Shown here piece after piece: positions 35,366 through 47,662 of a DNA stretch of 64,000 nucleotides. The stretch is from assembly GCA_035084275.1 (NCBI GenBank), contig CM068748.1, positions 3,286,001-3,350,000 on the forward strand, written 5' to 3'. Made by a program: the position numbers and the translations under genes. The stretch's first letter is position 1; each line of letters opens with the position of its first letter. Origin of the DNA: Hydrolagus colliei (lineage: Eukaryota). The notes beneath the pieces were generated by a model. It saw only the letters and a program-made list of their open reading frames with translations. It was not told where the DNA came from and ran no database searches.

Positions 35366-37908
35366 CAAACAACATTGTATAATTCAACAGACCTTGACAC
35401 CAACATTACAAACTTTCTGGACCTAGAGCACGCATTTCGAAATGTGCGTGCACCGCGACTGCGCGCGCATCGTCAGTGCGGACGCACCGTCAATGCGCGC
35501 GCACCGCGACTGAGCGCGCACCATCAATGCGCGCGCGCCATCAATGCACGCGCACTTCGAATGCACGCGCATGCGCAGTATACAAACTCGATAGATCGGT
35601 TTAAGCAGGTATGAGCAAACCGATATATCCATATCCGGAAAAATCCCATATCGCCGTTCCCTAGTACTTACTAATCAGCTCTGCGTGCCTCAACAGGCCC
35701 TTGGCAGAAGAAATGAGGAATAGTTTAACACGTCCGCCCCTGCCCCCAACCTGGGTTTCTTTGTGTGAAAGGCAAAGATATTGCTGTACAGCATGGTATA
35801 GTATCATATTTAGTTCACATTATTATTGTGCAATTCAGCAGTCAGTTCAAAATTTTCTTTAGCCGGCACTGCATTATTGGCATCTGAGAGTAGATTTACA
35901 TAGTGACAATTTTGGACTGATGGCATTGGTGTTGCTGAAATACTGGCAGTTCATTAAATCGATTGAACGAAGAATGAGATAGTGCGGCTCTTATTTCATG
36001 ATGGTTTTCCCCGCTACATTGTAATGGAGAAGTGGTAATTTTTCAAAACAAATATTCAGTTGTGGCATAAAATCTGTATTGCATACTGCTTTTTGATGCA
36101 ATTTGTTTGCGTGAAAAAATACATTAAAATAAGTATCACATGGCGGGAAAAAAAACCTGACAGTAAAATCATAAAACCGTGACACAGAAGTATAATTTTA
36201 CAACATTTGTAATAAATGCACTAAATCAGGGCCACAATTACATAAGCAGATACTAAATGTGTTAATCTATCTTGTTACTGGTTTCCAATGATTCTTGAAA
36301 TATAGCACAGATTGCCCTTTCTGTGGTTCCCCCCCCCCATTGAGACTTTCGTCCTTCAAAGTGACCCAGTTGGTATAATCTTGTTGTCGCTAACATGGCA
36401 TTGGCACCTGGGTCTCCAAGCTTGTCATAAAGATGCTGGAGTGAAAGGCTGGGTGTTGTCAAACCCTTCAAAATATGTTATTTGAAAAGATCCGCTAGTG
36501 AATGAATGCATGCATGTTGGTTACTGCTGTTACAGCTCCAATTGTTTTCAAGCTGCCACCAATGCACTCAACTGTCAGTTAGCTGACAGTGGCCTTTTAA
36601 TGCCATTGTCAATTTGTGTGACTGAAACAATCCCGAATACTGTCACAAGAACAATTAACTTTCTCACCTCTCTCTTGTTCATGGGTCATGTCCACTCAAT
36701 CAATATAACACCCGGGTTTCAAAAATAAATTAGACCCAACTTTTCTGTTGCTTCATTTTTGAAATGTTAACCATGAGCTTTAAAAGGTTCGCCGAGTTTT
36801 CCTTTGCTGTAATTCCAGACTTGTTAATATTCGCAAAGAGAAATATGTCAAAGCCATAGGAAGATTGTGTCTGTTTTTCATACTACAGTAATAAGGTTTA
36901 TGAAGAATTAACTTGTTCCTCAACACTATTTTCGACTGGATTTTTCCACCACATAGAAGTGTTCAAATACAAGTTAAGTTGGCATGACTATAGAATTTTT
37001 CATTTGACCCTTCATGAAATTCTACCCTATACTCAGATCCAGTCTAAACCTATGACAAAATAGTAGTTTTATAGGCTGGAATAGTTCCTAATGCAGGGAA
37101 AATTGGTGTGGTCTGGTTTTAACTCAACATAAACAGGAAATAATGCCACAAACAGCAAATAAGTTCCTGCCCCAGTAAAATGGCAATCCAAACACTGAAT
37201 TAAGTATATTCTCGGAATGCAGTGCATATAGACAGGAGAGAATTCCTCAATTCTCCTGTTAGGAAGGGTGGCAAAATTGGCCATAAAAACAGAATAAATG
37301 CTCCATTGTACTGTAACCTCTGGAATCCGCGATACTGTCTGTCCAGTGCCTTGGGATGTCCTCCCAATGTGAAAAGCACTATACAAATGTAATTTTGTTG
37401 TTGTACCTCACACCCATTTTACTGTCTGTCATCATGAGAAAAAGCTATTCAGCCCATCAAACCCACTCCCTCCGTAGCTTGCGTAGAAAACTACCCACAT
37501 CATGAATCCCACGACTGGAGTACACCTCACAAAGACACTTTGTCTCTAAATTCTAGAAATAGACAACTAAATCCTGCCGAATGTTCTTCCTTCCTTGCAT
37601 CCCTTACCTTCGTATTTGGCCTCTTTTCATTACCCCTACCTCTGGCCCCAATACTGTGTCCTGCGAAGAATTAATGTCAGTCTATATAGTTCATATAACC
37701 CATGCACTGCCAAACGGAGGATTACACAGTAGATTTTGAAAGAATGCACAAAGCTTTATTGGGAGACTCTTTACATATGTATGATGCTATGAGGAACTTC
37801 CTTTGCTCTCTAGCAGTTTTCTTTCATTTTAAACTCATGTCCTCTAATTCTACTCCCATAGTCTACATTAAGTAGCCCTCTTATATTTCTACTGGTTATG
37901 TCTTTCAT

Positions 37909-38274
37909 AGTCCTGTAGCTCAGCGATTAGAACACTTGTCTTGCAAGCGAGAGGACCTAGGTTTGATTCCAGGACAGGGCATGATGTTGGGCAAGTTTCC
38001 TTACTCCACTCGGCTCTGTTTACCTAGCAGTAAATAGGAATTGAATAATGAGTTGATTGGCAGATCGCTTTCTTGGGGGTAATAATCCCTTCAAAAAAAT
38101 AACATTTGATAACTTGATCCATGATTGTTTGTGGGACAGTGCTGTGTGCAATTGGCTGCTGCAGTTCACCCACAAAATATACTGTAATTCAGTTTACAGT
38201 ATATTCTGTGAGGCGCTTTGAGACATCTCAAAGACGTGAGGCGCTGTATCAAATTAAAGAATTATTATTATTAT
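37909..38274 (+). mobile_element. Full-length tRNA-derived SINE, long variant
   Basis: AGTCCTGTAGCTCAGCGATTAG head, TTGGGCAAGTTTCCTTACTCCAC, an extra ~70-bp segment, Deu body, (ATT)n tail. Confidence 0.8.
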
Positions 38275-39021
38275 TTATAGATGTCCCTGAATCTTTTTTT
38301 CTAATGAGTGCAAGTTCTGCTATACTAGCCTAGCCTCATAACATGACCTATAAATCCTAGTCGCATCTCAGTTGCTATTAGTCTCTACCCTTTCAAACAC
38401 CTCAATGCAAAAGTGGCTTCACTTTTTTTTGCAAGGTTAGAACACCTTCATTCAAATTACAGTAAGATATTCCCAAGATGCAACCTAATATTTGATACGT
38501 TTTGACAGCAGCTTCACATTGAATGGAAACTGCCAGTAAAGAATCAATAAGAGGGAGCATCCGGGAATAAATAACTGCATTAACAGATCCTGATGGCATA
38601 TCTCTGTGGCCAATCAATCTTTTCATTACAATCCTAGAGTATTAACCTCTATTGGAAGGTGATGTTTCTGCCAAAATATAAAATCATTTCATTGACATTA
38701 AATAGTTGTTTAATGGGGAGGGGTTATGGGTGTATGATATATGCGGTAAGTTCCACACAGGCATGCCACTTATACTTGGAAATTTCTCTGTGCTTTGAAT
38801 CGAGTGCACACTCTCTCCCTGGTTACCTAATTCTGGAATGTGCTAGGCACAGGTTGATGGGAGACCAGAGTCGGGGATGCAATGGGGAAGCTGCTGGCGT
38901 TTGGGCTAAACGGTGGCGTTGAGTTGAAAAAGTCCTAAGGAAGTTTACCGTAATCGGTGGTGCACTTATTTGAACAGAAAGATATTCAGCAAATAATGAA
39001 GGGTGATCGAGTGGTTCCTAC

Positions 39022-39223
39022 CTTCCCCTCTCCACATTTGGTGCCAGTAAGCACAAGCCCTGGGTCTGGCATATCATCGCCCAGGTACACATGTGTACCA
39101 CGACACAATATTCTTCTTCCGCCTTCTTGCAAAGGAATGTTAGTTTCTATGGAGACAGCGTTTGTTCCAATAACCGGACGACTCGCTCCTCCCTGGCACT
39201 GGATTTTTCCACATTTAGCATCT
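39022..39223 (-). CDS. ADAM12: ADAM12 cysteine-rich domain exon (~16)
   Basis: (R)DAKCGKIQCQGGASRPVIGTNAVSIETNIPLQEGGRRILCRGTHVYLGDDMPDPGLVLTGTKCGEGK; 202 nt, phase 2-0. Confidence 0.97.
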
Positions 39224-39395
39224 CTGTTCATAAAAACAGAAAATAGGAAGTAATTGAGGAGGCAGTTATGCAAAGTAGAAGGATTATCCCATTCCTCCAC
39301 CGCCGCCACTCCAAAACAATACCCTTTAGATACTGTAATTAAATGAAACATTGTATGTCAGTGAATGGAGGTGTGACAAAATGGCCATCCACAGC

Positions 39396-39715
39396 CTCAA
39401 CAACAACAACAAAATTGCACTTATATAGCGCTTTTCACGTCGGGAGGACGTCCCAAAGCGCTGAACAGTCAGGTCGGGACCCGAGCGGGGGTGGTGGGGG
39501 AGGTCGGGGTAGGGGGAAGGGGAAGGAGAGTGGGAGAGGGGGAAGAGTTATTGGAGCAGCCGAAGGCGCGGTCAAAGAGAAAGGTCTTGAGACCGGCCTT
39601 GAAGGAGGAAAGGGAGGAAGCGAGGGGGAGGGGCTGCGGGATGGAGTTCCACAGTGTGGGAGCAGAGAGGCTGAAAGCCCGGCTGCCGATGGTTGGGCAG
39701 TTGGGGCAGTGGACG
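39396..39715 (-). mobile_element. L2 LINE 3' end, well preserved
   Basis: TIGSRAFSLSAPTLWNSIP..SSLSSFKAGLKTFLFDRAF plus GTGAAAAGCGCTATATAAGTGCAA(TTG)n tail. Confidence 0.9.
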
Positions 39716-40124
39716 CGGATGTACAAGATATACAGCTGACTTCCAGATGTACAAATTAAAAAAAATAATCTTTTAAAGCCATTCATTGCCCTCAGCATCA
39801 TCCAAAAAATACATTTTGTAATCAAATCACCACAGGGCACAAAGAATTCCGTAACGTTTGCTACTGGATGAGGCTGCATGTGGAATCACGGATATTTGTA
39901 TAACAAGCTACATTTCGTGGAATCTTTCACATTGGGAGGATAACTTTACACAGCTGAATGGAAGCTTGAGCTGAGAGGGGGTGGAGAGGGGTGGGGTGTG
40001 AGAATAGGTGGATCAAAGTAGGGTAAAAAAAATGGGTCTTAATATTGGTTTTGAAGGTGAGGAGGGAGGGAAGTGCAATTAGATTTATAAAAGCAAAAAT
40101 GTCCAAATATTATGATATCCATCA

Positions 40125-40218
40125 CCACCCAGGTAGCAAGCCCATGTGGGGCCCATATGGGCATGGATCAACCCAATTTGTCCCATATGGGGCCCATATG
40201 GGCTTGCTACCTGGGTGG
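40125..40218. repeat. 94-bp palindromic MITE-like element
   Basis: 37-bp arms CCACCCAGGTAGCAAGCCCAT(G/A)TGGG(G/C)CCCATATGGG with 2 mismatches around a 20-nt spacer. Confidence 0.85.
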
Positions 40219-42099
40219 GCAGGTACCAGTCAGATATTAAACCGTTCTTTCCTTTCTTCTTTTCTCTTCCCCCATAATAGCTGTTTGGATCAGATTAAGT
40301 TACAAATAGATCACAAATTGGTTGGGTTGAAGAAGCCCTTCAGCCTGTCTGAACTCACCCCATTGGAATACCAGTGCCCTACCCATCACAGAATCAAGCT
40401 GCTTTTTAATTGATCGTTCACATTTGACTCCGTTCATATGTCTGGAAAATGTTCAGAATCTTTTGTTCATTTAAGTAGCAAATGTCAAGTTTACTGGCTC
40501 ATAAACAGCTCATGCATTTTCCTTTGTTAATTTTATCCGCTGACAAAACGTGGTACTTTACAGTAAAATCCAGTGAAGTGCTTTGAGACGTTTCATTGAT
40601 ATGCTAAAGCGCTATATGAAACGCAAGGACTTATTATTTTTAGTGCTAAGTTTGGTGGTGTCCCATTGCTGAAAATCTGCATCAGTCAGATAATTTGAAG
40701 CTCTTGTGCTCCTGTAAACAATAAGGTTTTATTGTCAGACATCCTGGGGATAGAGTTCCTTATAGCTCCTATTTTAGAATTACTCAATTTAAGATTGTTT
40801 CATATCTGCAACTGGGCCATGTCATATATTGTCAAATTAGTTTATTGAAAGCTATACATTTATTGAAAATTAAGTACGTGCACCTGTGACCTTTCGCATC
40901 AGTTTGTTAAACAGTCTTATCAAGGCTAAAATGATCTATTATGGTTTAAAAAAATGTACCTCACTAAGTAATTAGAAATTAAGCTGAGTGGGGTGTGGTG
41001 GTGGTGGGGAAGAGGTGGGGAGGGGGGGGGGGAGGAAAGTTGGATAAAAGCATTAAGAATGAGAAATAATAAAGTGAATATTGTTACATAAGTATATATC
41101 ATAGCTAATAATATCTTAATAATAATATCTTAGTCTGAAGCCTGAAATATAGATTTATTATTTCTCACTTTAGGGTATCCCATTTCAAAATATTATGGCT
41201 ATTGGTTTCATAAAATCATACATAGCCAACTGGAGCTCTCTGCCTGCGGTTGTTTTTTACTTCTCCATATAAAAGTGTTTGATTGATAACTTCATTTCGT
41301 GAAAGTAGCAGAAGAGTATGTTTGAAATGGGATTGCCGCTGCTTCAAAGTCCAGTAAAAGAAAATAATTTTCTTGGTTAAAAGCTATTTGTATTAGCTCT
41401 GGAATTCAACCACCTGTGCCCAAATTCAGGAGAACACTTTGCAATCGTTTCAATCGTGCAACGGTATCAAATTCAAGTAGACTCTTGGCACTGGACACTG
41501 CATGCTTTTCTGTGAGCAGGTCTCTCCATTTAATTTTTATGATCAATGTACTGTTTCTGCTTCTGCAGTTGGTATCTACAAGCAATAAAACGGTGTAGAA
41601 AATTACACCAATTTGTTGAGATCTGAATCCTCCAATGTATAAAACTCCTAGGCATCACTGCAGTTTTAAAAAAAATAAAACCATGATTGAGGATTATTAG
41701 GACAGCCTGACTATAGAGAGACGGAGAATGGTTCTGCACTGCCTCATAATTGATGTATTACCTGAATGCTTATCAGAAATTCACAAGAAGAATTCACTTG
41801 CGATGGAAAGTCTGGTGTGGAAAACCTTTCAGAACACCTGAGAAATCCAACGCTGAGAATATCACTCGCCAGATTAACAGTAAACCAGAGAGTGTAAACT
41901 GCCGGGGAATTCATTGTTATGGGCAATAAGCCAAACTAGACATCATTGTTGGACAGATTTGGAAAAAGTCTGCCAAAGAACTTGGACATCAAAGCTTGCC
42001 ATTCAATTGCAGGGTAGGGAAATTGCAGAGTATGGACAAACAGCGAATTTAGATTACTACAGTACATAGATTGGACACCACTGTTGAAGACAACGCTAA

Positions 42100-42500
42100 A
42101 CTATTAAAGAAACTGGATACTTGGTTGGTTAACACAGGCTATTTTGAAAACTGGATTACATGGTCACACAATCATTCTCGACTGTTGGGACACATGGATC
42201 AGAAGCCAACTTTTGTTGCTGGGAAATTAAACACCATTGACAGAGAGCCAACTTAGTCTGGTGGGATATCAGACACACCGCCTGAAAAGCCAACTAAGTT
42301 CTGTTGGGAAACCGAATGACATGAATGGGGAGCCAATTTTGTTTGGTGGGAAATTGGATGTAATGGAATGAGAGTAAACCTGGACTCATAGGAATCTGGT
42401 TATCAAGGATGGTAAAGCAATTTAGACTGATGGAAAATTTGACAGGAACCAACAGGGCCTGCTAGGAAACTGGGTGCTGTGGTTGGCAAATCAAACTAGA
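42100..42500. repeat. Degenerate ~42-bp tandem repeat
   Basis: AGCCAA-like anchors at 42204, 42246, 42288, 42331, 42373, 42416, each followed by a TGGGAAA-like motif. Confidence 0.6.
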
Positions 42501-43382
42501 CGACAACGACTTGCATAGCGCCTTCCATGCAGGGTAGCATCTCAGAACACTTAACAGTGGCGAGGCCTGACTCTGAGCTGGCGGGGGGGTGAGGTGACTG
42601 TAGGCACTGTTGAAAAGGAAGGTTTTCAGGCGGGACTTGAAAAAGGAAAGAGAGTATGGAGGGACTACACGAGGAATTGGATTGCATTTTTGCGCAGATA
42701 ATCAGAATTGGTCAGAATATTAAATGCCATCCACAGAGACCAAATCTGCCTTGTTTGGGAAACCACTGCATATGGTCAAAAGATATTCATACCAAAAGGC
42801 AATTCATGGACAAATAACACCACAGATTATCAATGAAAGTGAACATTACTCACATACATCTGTACAGCTCTCAGAAAAATGATGGATGGATCATTCACTG
42901 TGGAGCAGGGGGAATTTAATCCATTGATACTGAACCACCAATAAAATCAGATAGCTCAAACAGACACCCAACCAGAGACCGGAAATAAGTGACTTGTTAT
43001 TAGTCCTCTTCCTAATCTCACTGACATACAAAATATAAGATACAGCATTTCCTCAATCAATGCACTCTCATTCTGGAACAGTCAAGGATGGTACTAAAAA
43101 TCCTATGACGTGTTAAACAACAACAAACTAACAAAGTTACATTTGGACAGCGCCTTTTACGCCGGAAGGACATCCCAAAAGATCCAAGTAGGTGTGGATC
43201 TGAATTAGCCAAGCAACTAAAGACAACCCAAGGCAAATGAGGAAAGGAGCTACGAGGATTCCAGGGTAAAGGTAGGCAGTGTTATTTTGCACCTTTATTT
43301 GTTTCCAAGCTAAAAGCTTATGGGGCCATGCTGCTGAAAATCTGCCACCTGTTTTCCAAGAGAAAGAATATATTGTGTGTAC

Positions 43383-43491
43383 CTGGTCTCACATTTTGCA
43401 AATGAACCAGATGAGTCCTTTCCACAGTTACCATAGGGATCACCGGCTGAATTTACTTTCTCGAAGCAGATTCCAGGAGCTGGTTTGGCAC
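43383..43491 (-). CDS. ADAM12: ADAM12 cysteine-rich domain exon (~15)
   Basis: (G)AKPAPGICFEKVNSAGDPYGNCGKDSSGSFAKCET(R); 109 nt, phase 1-2. Confidence 0.97.
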
Positions 43492-44931
43492 CTAATGAAA
43501 CAGGAACAATTTCAGTCATTTTGAGTGATTGTCAGTGTGAACGAGGAAAGTGCTATCAAATCCTGCAGCTGATGGAAGCTGGTACATGGCAGCATACCAC
43601 TTGCAGCATCTCCATCACCAGACCAGATCATCACAGTAAAACCTGATGCTAAATGAAACCACTTTTCAAAAAATTTAAGAAAGTCTTGATAAAAGTGGAC
43701 AAGACTGGGTGCTTAAGTTTCTTAACCACATCTGCAGTGACACATGAGGACATTAGACACATATACTTAATCATTTTGCATCATTAAGCATCCCTTCTTC
43801 ACCCCTTCAAACCTTTCTGCATTACTCTATCATAGTAGCACAGATTACAGACTTTTTCCCAGCTGCACCAAATGCCACTCCATCGAACACTTTAACTATT
43901 AGACAGAGAACATCTGTCTCTCAAACCTCTAAGGTGGAACGCTTCTTTGCAGCAGACCTCCATTTAGCATCTTTATTGAGAACTGATAAAATTCTGCGCA
44001 GATCTGAAATAGCAGGTAGTCCCAGAGCTGAAATCTGCAACCACCTGGCTGGGAATTAGTGGCAACATCACTGCTACAGAGCAGTTTATTAAAAAGCAAA
44101 CTTGACAAATATTGTCCAGTAAATTCAATGTTTCTTTTAAATGTATACTTTCCAGTTTTGGTGGACAATTTGCACAGCGGTATGTTGTGTAGCTTAGAGT
44201 CAGGCTACGTCAGTGTTAAGTGCTCTGAGATGCTACCCTGAGTGATGGGTGCAATGTAGGTGCAAGTTGTTGTTGTTGTTGGACCTTATCTGGCACCGGC
44301 AATAGGAATATCCTTGAAAGCAACATGATGGTGGAGAGAGTTAAGCTCTGACGTATACTGTATTATATATTCAGGCATGGATTTTTCTCATTGACTCTGG
44401 CCTGATGCTGGCTCTTTAAGGAGATACCTAGGAAAGCTGAGGCACTGTGACTGAAGGAGGGAGGAGAAATTAGTGCCAACCATCCTGGTATCTCCTCATG
44501 TCAAGTTCAAGTGGCTCAGTGCTGAGTTATGGAATTACAAGTGCAGTCAGACCACACATTTGGGTTGAAGGATCTGAAAGAAAAGAACTAATGGGAAAGA
44601 GATGTCGAGCAATAAATGGGTGGACTGAGTTAAATAAATGCTTAGAAATGTTTCCTCATGATATAATTCAATCTGCGCATGAAATCAAAATACTATGCAC
44701 ATTATGTTAAACTGAGGAGTATAGGTTCAGGGGATAATGGAAGTATCGTGATTTGAGTGAGACATCTCACCATGTTCATAGTGTTATCATTTCCCTTAAC
44801 CTTTAACCCTTATATTGTTAATCACCATGCTAATTTCTTCCTTTCAAACATTCTGAAACGGTGTGAATAGAGGATCAGAAACTTGAAGTTCTGTGCTGCG
44901 CTGCTGTTAGAATTTAGTGATGATTATTTAC

Positions 44932-45127
44932 CTGATCCCCAGAGAGTAATACACTGCTGTTCGTGTGTCTGACATATTCCATTGTAGCAGTAACCATCCT
45001 TCTTGTGACAGGGTTGCCCATCGTGCAGATATACATTGGCTGGACAGTGTGCATTTGCCCCAGTGCAGAACTCGGGTAGATCACAGGAATTACTGGACTC
45101 TCTGCAAGGGGTTCCTGGCGGCTTCAA
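44932..45127 (-). CDS. ADAM12: ADAM12 disintegrin-loop exon (~14)
   Basis: LKPPGTPCRESSNSCDLPEFCTG...YLHDGQPC...CQTHEQQCITLWGS; ADAM12-type SNSCD loop; 196 nt, phase 0-1. Confidence 0.97.
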
Positions 45128-45989
45128 CTGCAAATGCACATCAACAAAAAACTAAATGTCATTGTAAAAAACCAAATAAAGGCAAGTTGTTGTGCAGTGT
45201 GTGAAATAATTGTCTGGCGAAAACATTTAGTTAACAGACGGTAACATACTGGCAGAGCTACATATACGCACTAGAGCTGATATTTTATTGAATGCAGATT
45301 CAAATGAGTCACTAAACATATTTTGGTATGAATTATTAAAATGTTACCTTGTGTATTTTGTGGCTTGAAATAATTTGAATTTGGATATTTTGGCAAACAG
45401 TAGAGCCAAATAGTTTTTTTCTGTATGAATTACAATGTTATGAATATGCAAATTAAGAACAGAAGAAAGCATGTTAAGGTTATGCCTTCCAGAACCATGC
45501 AAAATCTATTTAATAATCATGGACTTCATCCCACACAAGCCATCTCTTGGGGAAAAAGCATTGTTCAGATACTCCCTGAACTACAATAGTAACTAAGCAG
45601 AATATTCATCCATCTACAACTTTTACCTTTTCTCTGGACAACATTCCAACCCCCCACTGCATAGAAATCATTGTGTTGCATGAATAATTTGTGCATTGCA
45701 GCTAGCACAATTATACAGTAATACCATTCCCAGCACTTACCCAGGTTCTTTTTGAATGAGTTACTGACAATAAAGCGTTAATTTATTTTGTTGCAGATTG
45801 CACAGCCCAACAAGACTGTACAGGCAGAATCAATCAGAATATTTAAAATATAGATTGACAGGTACTTGGGAAGTAAGGATGCTACACTGCGTGAGGGGAA
45901 CTATATAAATGCAAGTTGTTGTTGTTGTAGCAATAACCTCGCAGAACAAGCTTGATGGGATAAATGGATTCTTACTCTCTCATGTAACC

Positions 45990-46510
45990 ACTACTCTGTG
46001 GGGAAAGAAATAGAGCTCTAAATACCAAGCTTACTGTCCTTCTCTGAAGTCTCTCCAACACTTGAATGACATTCTGATGGCAGGTCTAGAAGAGTGCACA
46101 ATATTCAAAACATGGTCTCACCAGTGATCAATAGAAGGTCGTGGTTGCTTCCTTAGGCTTGTGATCACACATCCTCAAGATGAAGCCTACTATTTGATTA
46201 GTTTTATTGACAGAGCTTTACATCATCTGGAAAGCTTCTCCGAATGATCAGTAATCACACTCAAATCGTTTCCCTACCCAATCATTTTCTAATGGACAAC
46301 CCTTCATTGTGTACAAATGTTTGCTGTTTCTCATTTGAATGTGCATCGCCTTGCATTCATCTATATTAAAAAAAACATCTGTCACTACTTGACTAATTTG
46401 TTTAATTTGACCAGATCCTCCTGATGTTTTCTATTCTCCCCATAATAAGGATACTCCAGAAATAGACTTGAAAAACATATTTGTTAAACTCTTCCCGTCA
46501 TGTGATCCTA
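45990..46510 (-). mobile_element. Degenerate CR1 LINE reverse-transcriptase C-terminal fragment
   Basis: Decayed motifs corresponding to QEDL..FN..CK.MH..DLGVI..KTN..G.I..LVRP..EYC on the minus strand. Confidence 0.6.
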
Positions 46511-47273
46511 TCTGGCTGAATTTTCCATCATCACTATACCACTAACACCACATGATATGATTACAGTTTACAATACAGCTGCACAGCATGGAATAAAACA
46601 GTGGCATTAATTAACAAATTGAATTGTATGTACAGCATTATATAAATAACAGATGTCTGAGAATGTGATGGAATTTGTGAAGAGGAACAAACTTCTTGAT
46701 TTTCATATGTACATTGTTTATTGAGATGGAAAGAATGGAGAACACAGATTACATTTAAATCTTTTCCCATCTCTACTTGACCACTTTAACCCTCTTGTAC
46801 AGTCTTCCAACTGGGATAAACTGCCAATAGGACTAATGCGGAATCTCTTCAGTTTGGTCTACACCAACTGTGGCACTTAAAACTACAGTTTAAAGTACTG
46901 ATATCAACCAAACCAGGGAGCACTAAATAATGTACTGCATTCCGTGGATTCATTGAAACATTGGAGATATTTTCAGTTATTTAAGTTTGCAAAGTACTGT
47001 ACAATAAATAAAGTTATATGTGCCACTTTCGCGAGTTAAGGGCTTTACACATTTAAATCTTATACAGAAATAAAGCAATCGGAAGGATAGATGAGATATA
47101 AGCTTTTGCTTATTTGACAATAATGCACTGCTTTTGATAATCACTATGTATGAGTTTGTTATATATTTGATATATTACTTGTGTTTTATAGCACCTTAAT
47201 TAAAAATACCTCAAACTGCTTAAAACAATTTAATTTATTTGTAGTGAGTACTCTAGTACTAGAGCTGGATGGT

Positions 47274-47483
47274 CCACCTGATTTACTGTTTTCTTAGCAT
47301 TTGAGCATATCCCAAATTTGGCAAATTCTTAAACAGAGTCTTTAATTCAGGAGTCCATTTTCTGTAAATTCCTCCACAAACTGCAGAAAAAACAACTTCA
47401 AAGTCAAGACTGAATTCAACAATTTGCTAAATTCTGGATGCTCTGAAATGCTAGATAAATAGAGCAAATCTAGATTTAGGTGG
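47274..47483. repeat. Degenerate ~210-bp palindrome
   Basis: Left arm GATTTACTGTTTTCTTAGCATTTGAGCAT..AATTTGGCAAATT aligns with the reverse complement of AATTTGCTAAATT..ATGCTCTGAAATGCTAGATAAATAGAGCAAATC; outer CCACCT/AGGTGG. Confidence 0.55.
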
Positions 47484-47572
47484 AATTTCTTGCTATTAGT
47501 TTCCTGAGAGAGAGAACATGTACATTTCTTTCAGCAGGAAGAAGAATCTCAGATCTCAAAAGATTTGATCAC

Positions 47573-47662
47573 CTTGCAATCTTTGCAGCAAAGTCCATGT
47601 GCACATATTGCTTCGGTTTTCAGTGTGCAGGTGCTTGCATTACAGCAAGGGTTGGTACATTC
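47573..47662 (-). CDS. ADAM12: ADAM12 disintegrin exon (~13)
   Basis: [30 protein letters not shown]; 90 nt, phase 0-0. Confidence 0.95.

Larger units (their letters stand above)
33449..35663 (+). mobile_element. Internally deleted hAT DNA transposon (ZBED1/Ac-like), 2215 bp
   Basis: Perfect 14-bp TIR TAGGGAACGGCGAT, perfect 8-bp TSD GTACTTAC (33441-33448, 35664-35671); BED-finger ORF inside. Confidence 0.92.

Noticed and set aside
34464-35614. Five long ORFs (281-358 aa) on both strands
   Set aside because: Artefacts of the stop-free GA minisatellite; low-complexity E/R/G or P/S/L translations.
47498-47514. 17-mer AGTTTCCTGAGAGAGAG also present at 60843-60859
   Set aside because: Half is a GA dinucleotide run and the flanks do not align; compatible with chance in 64 kb.
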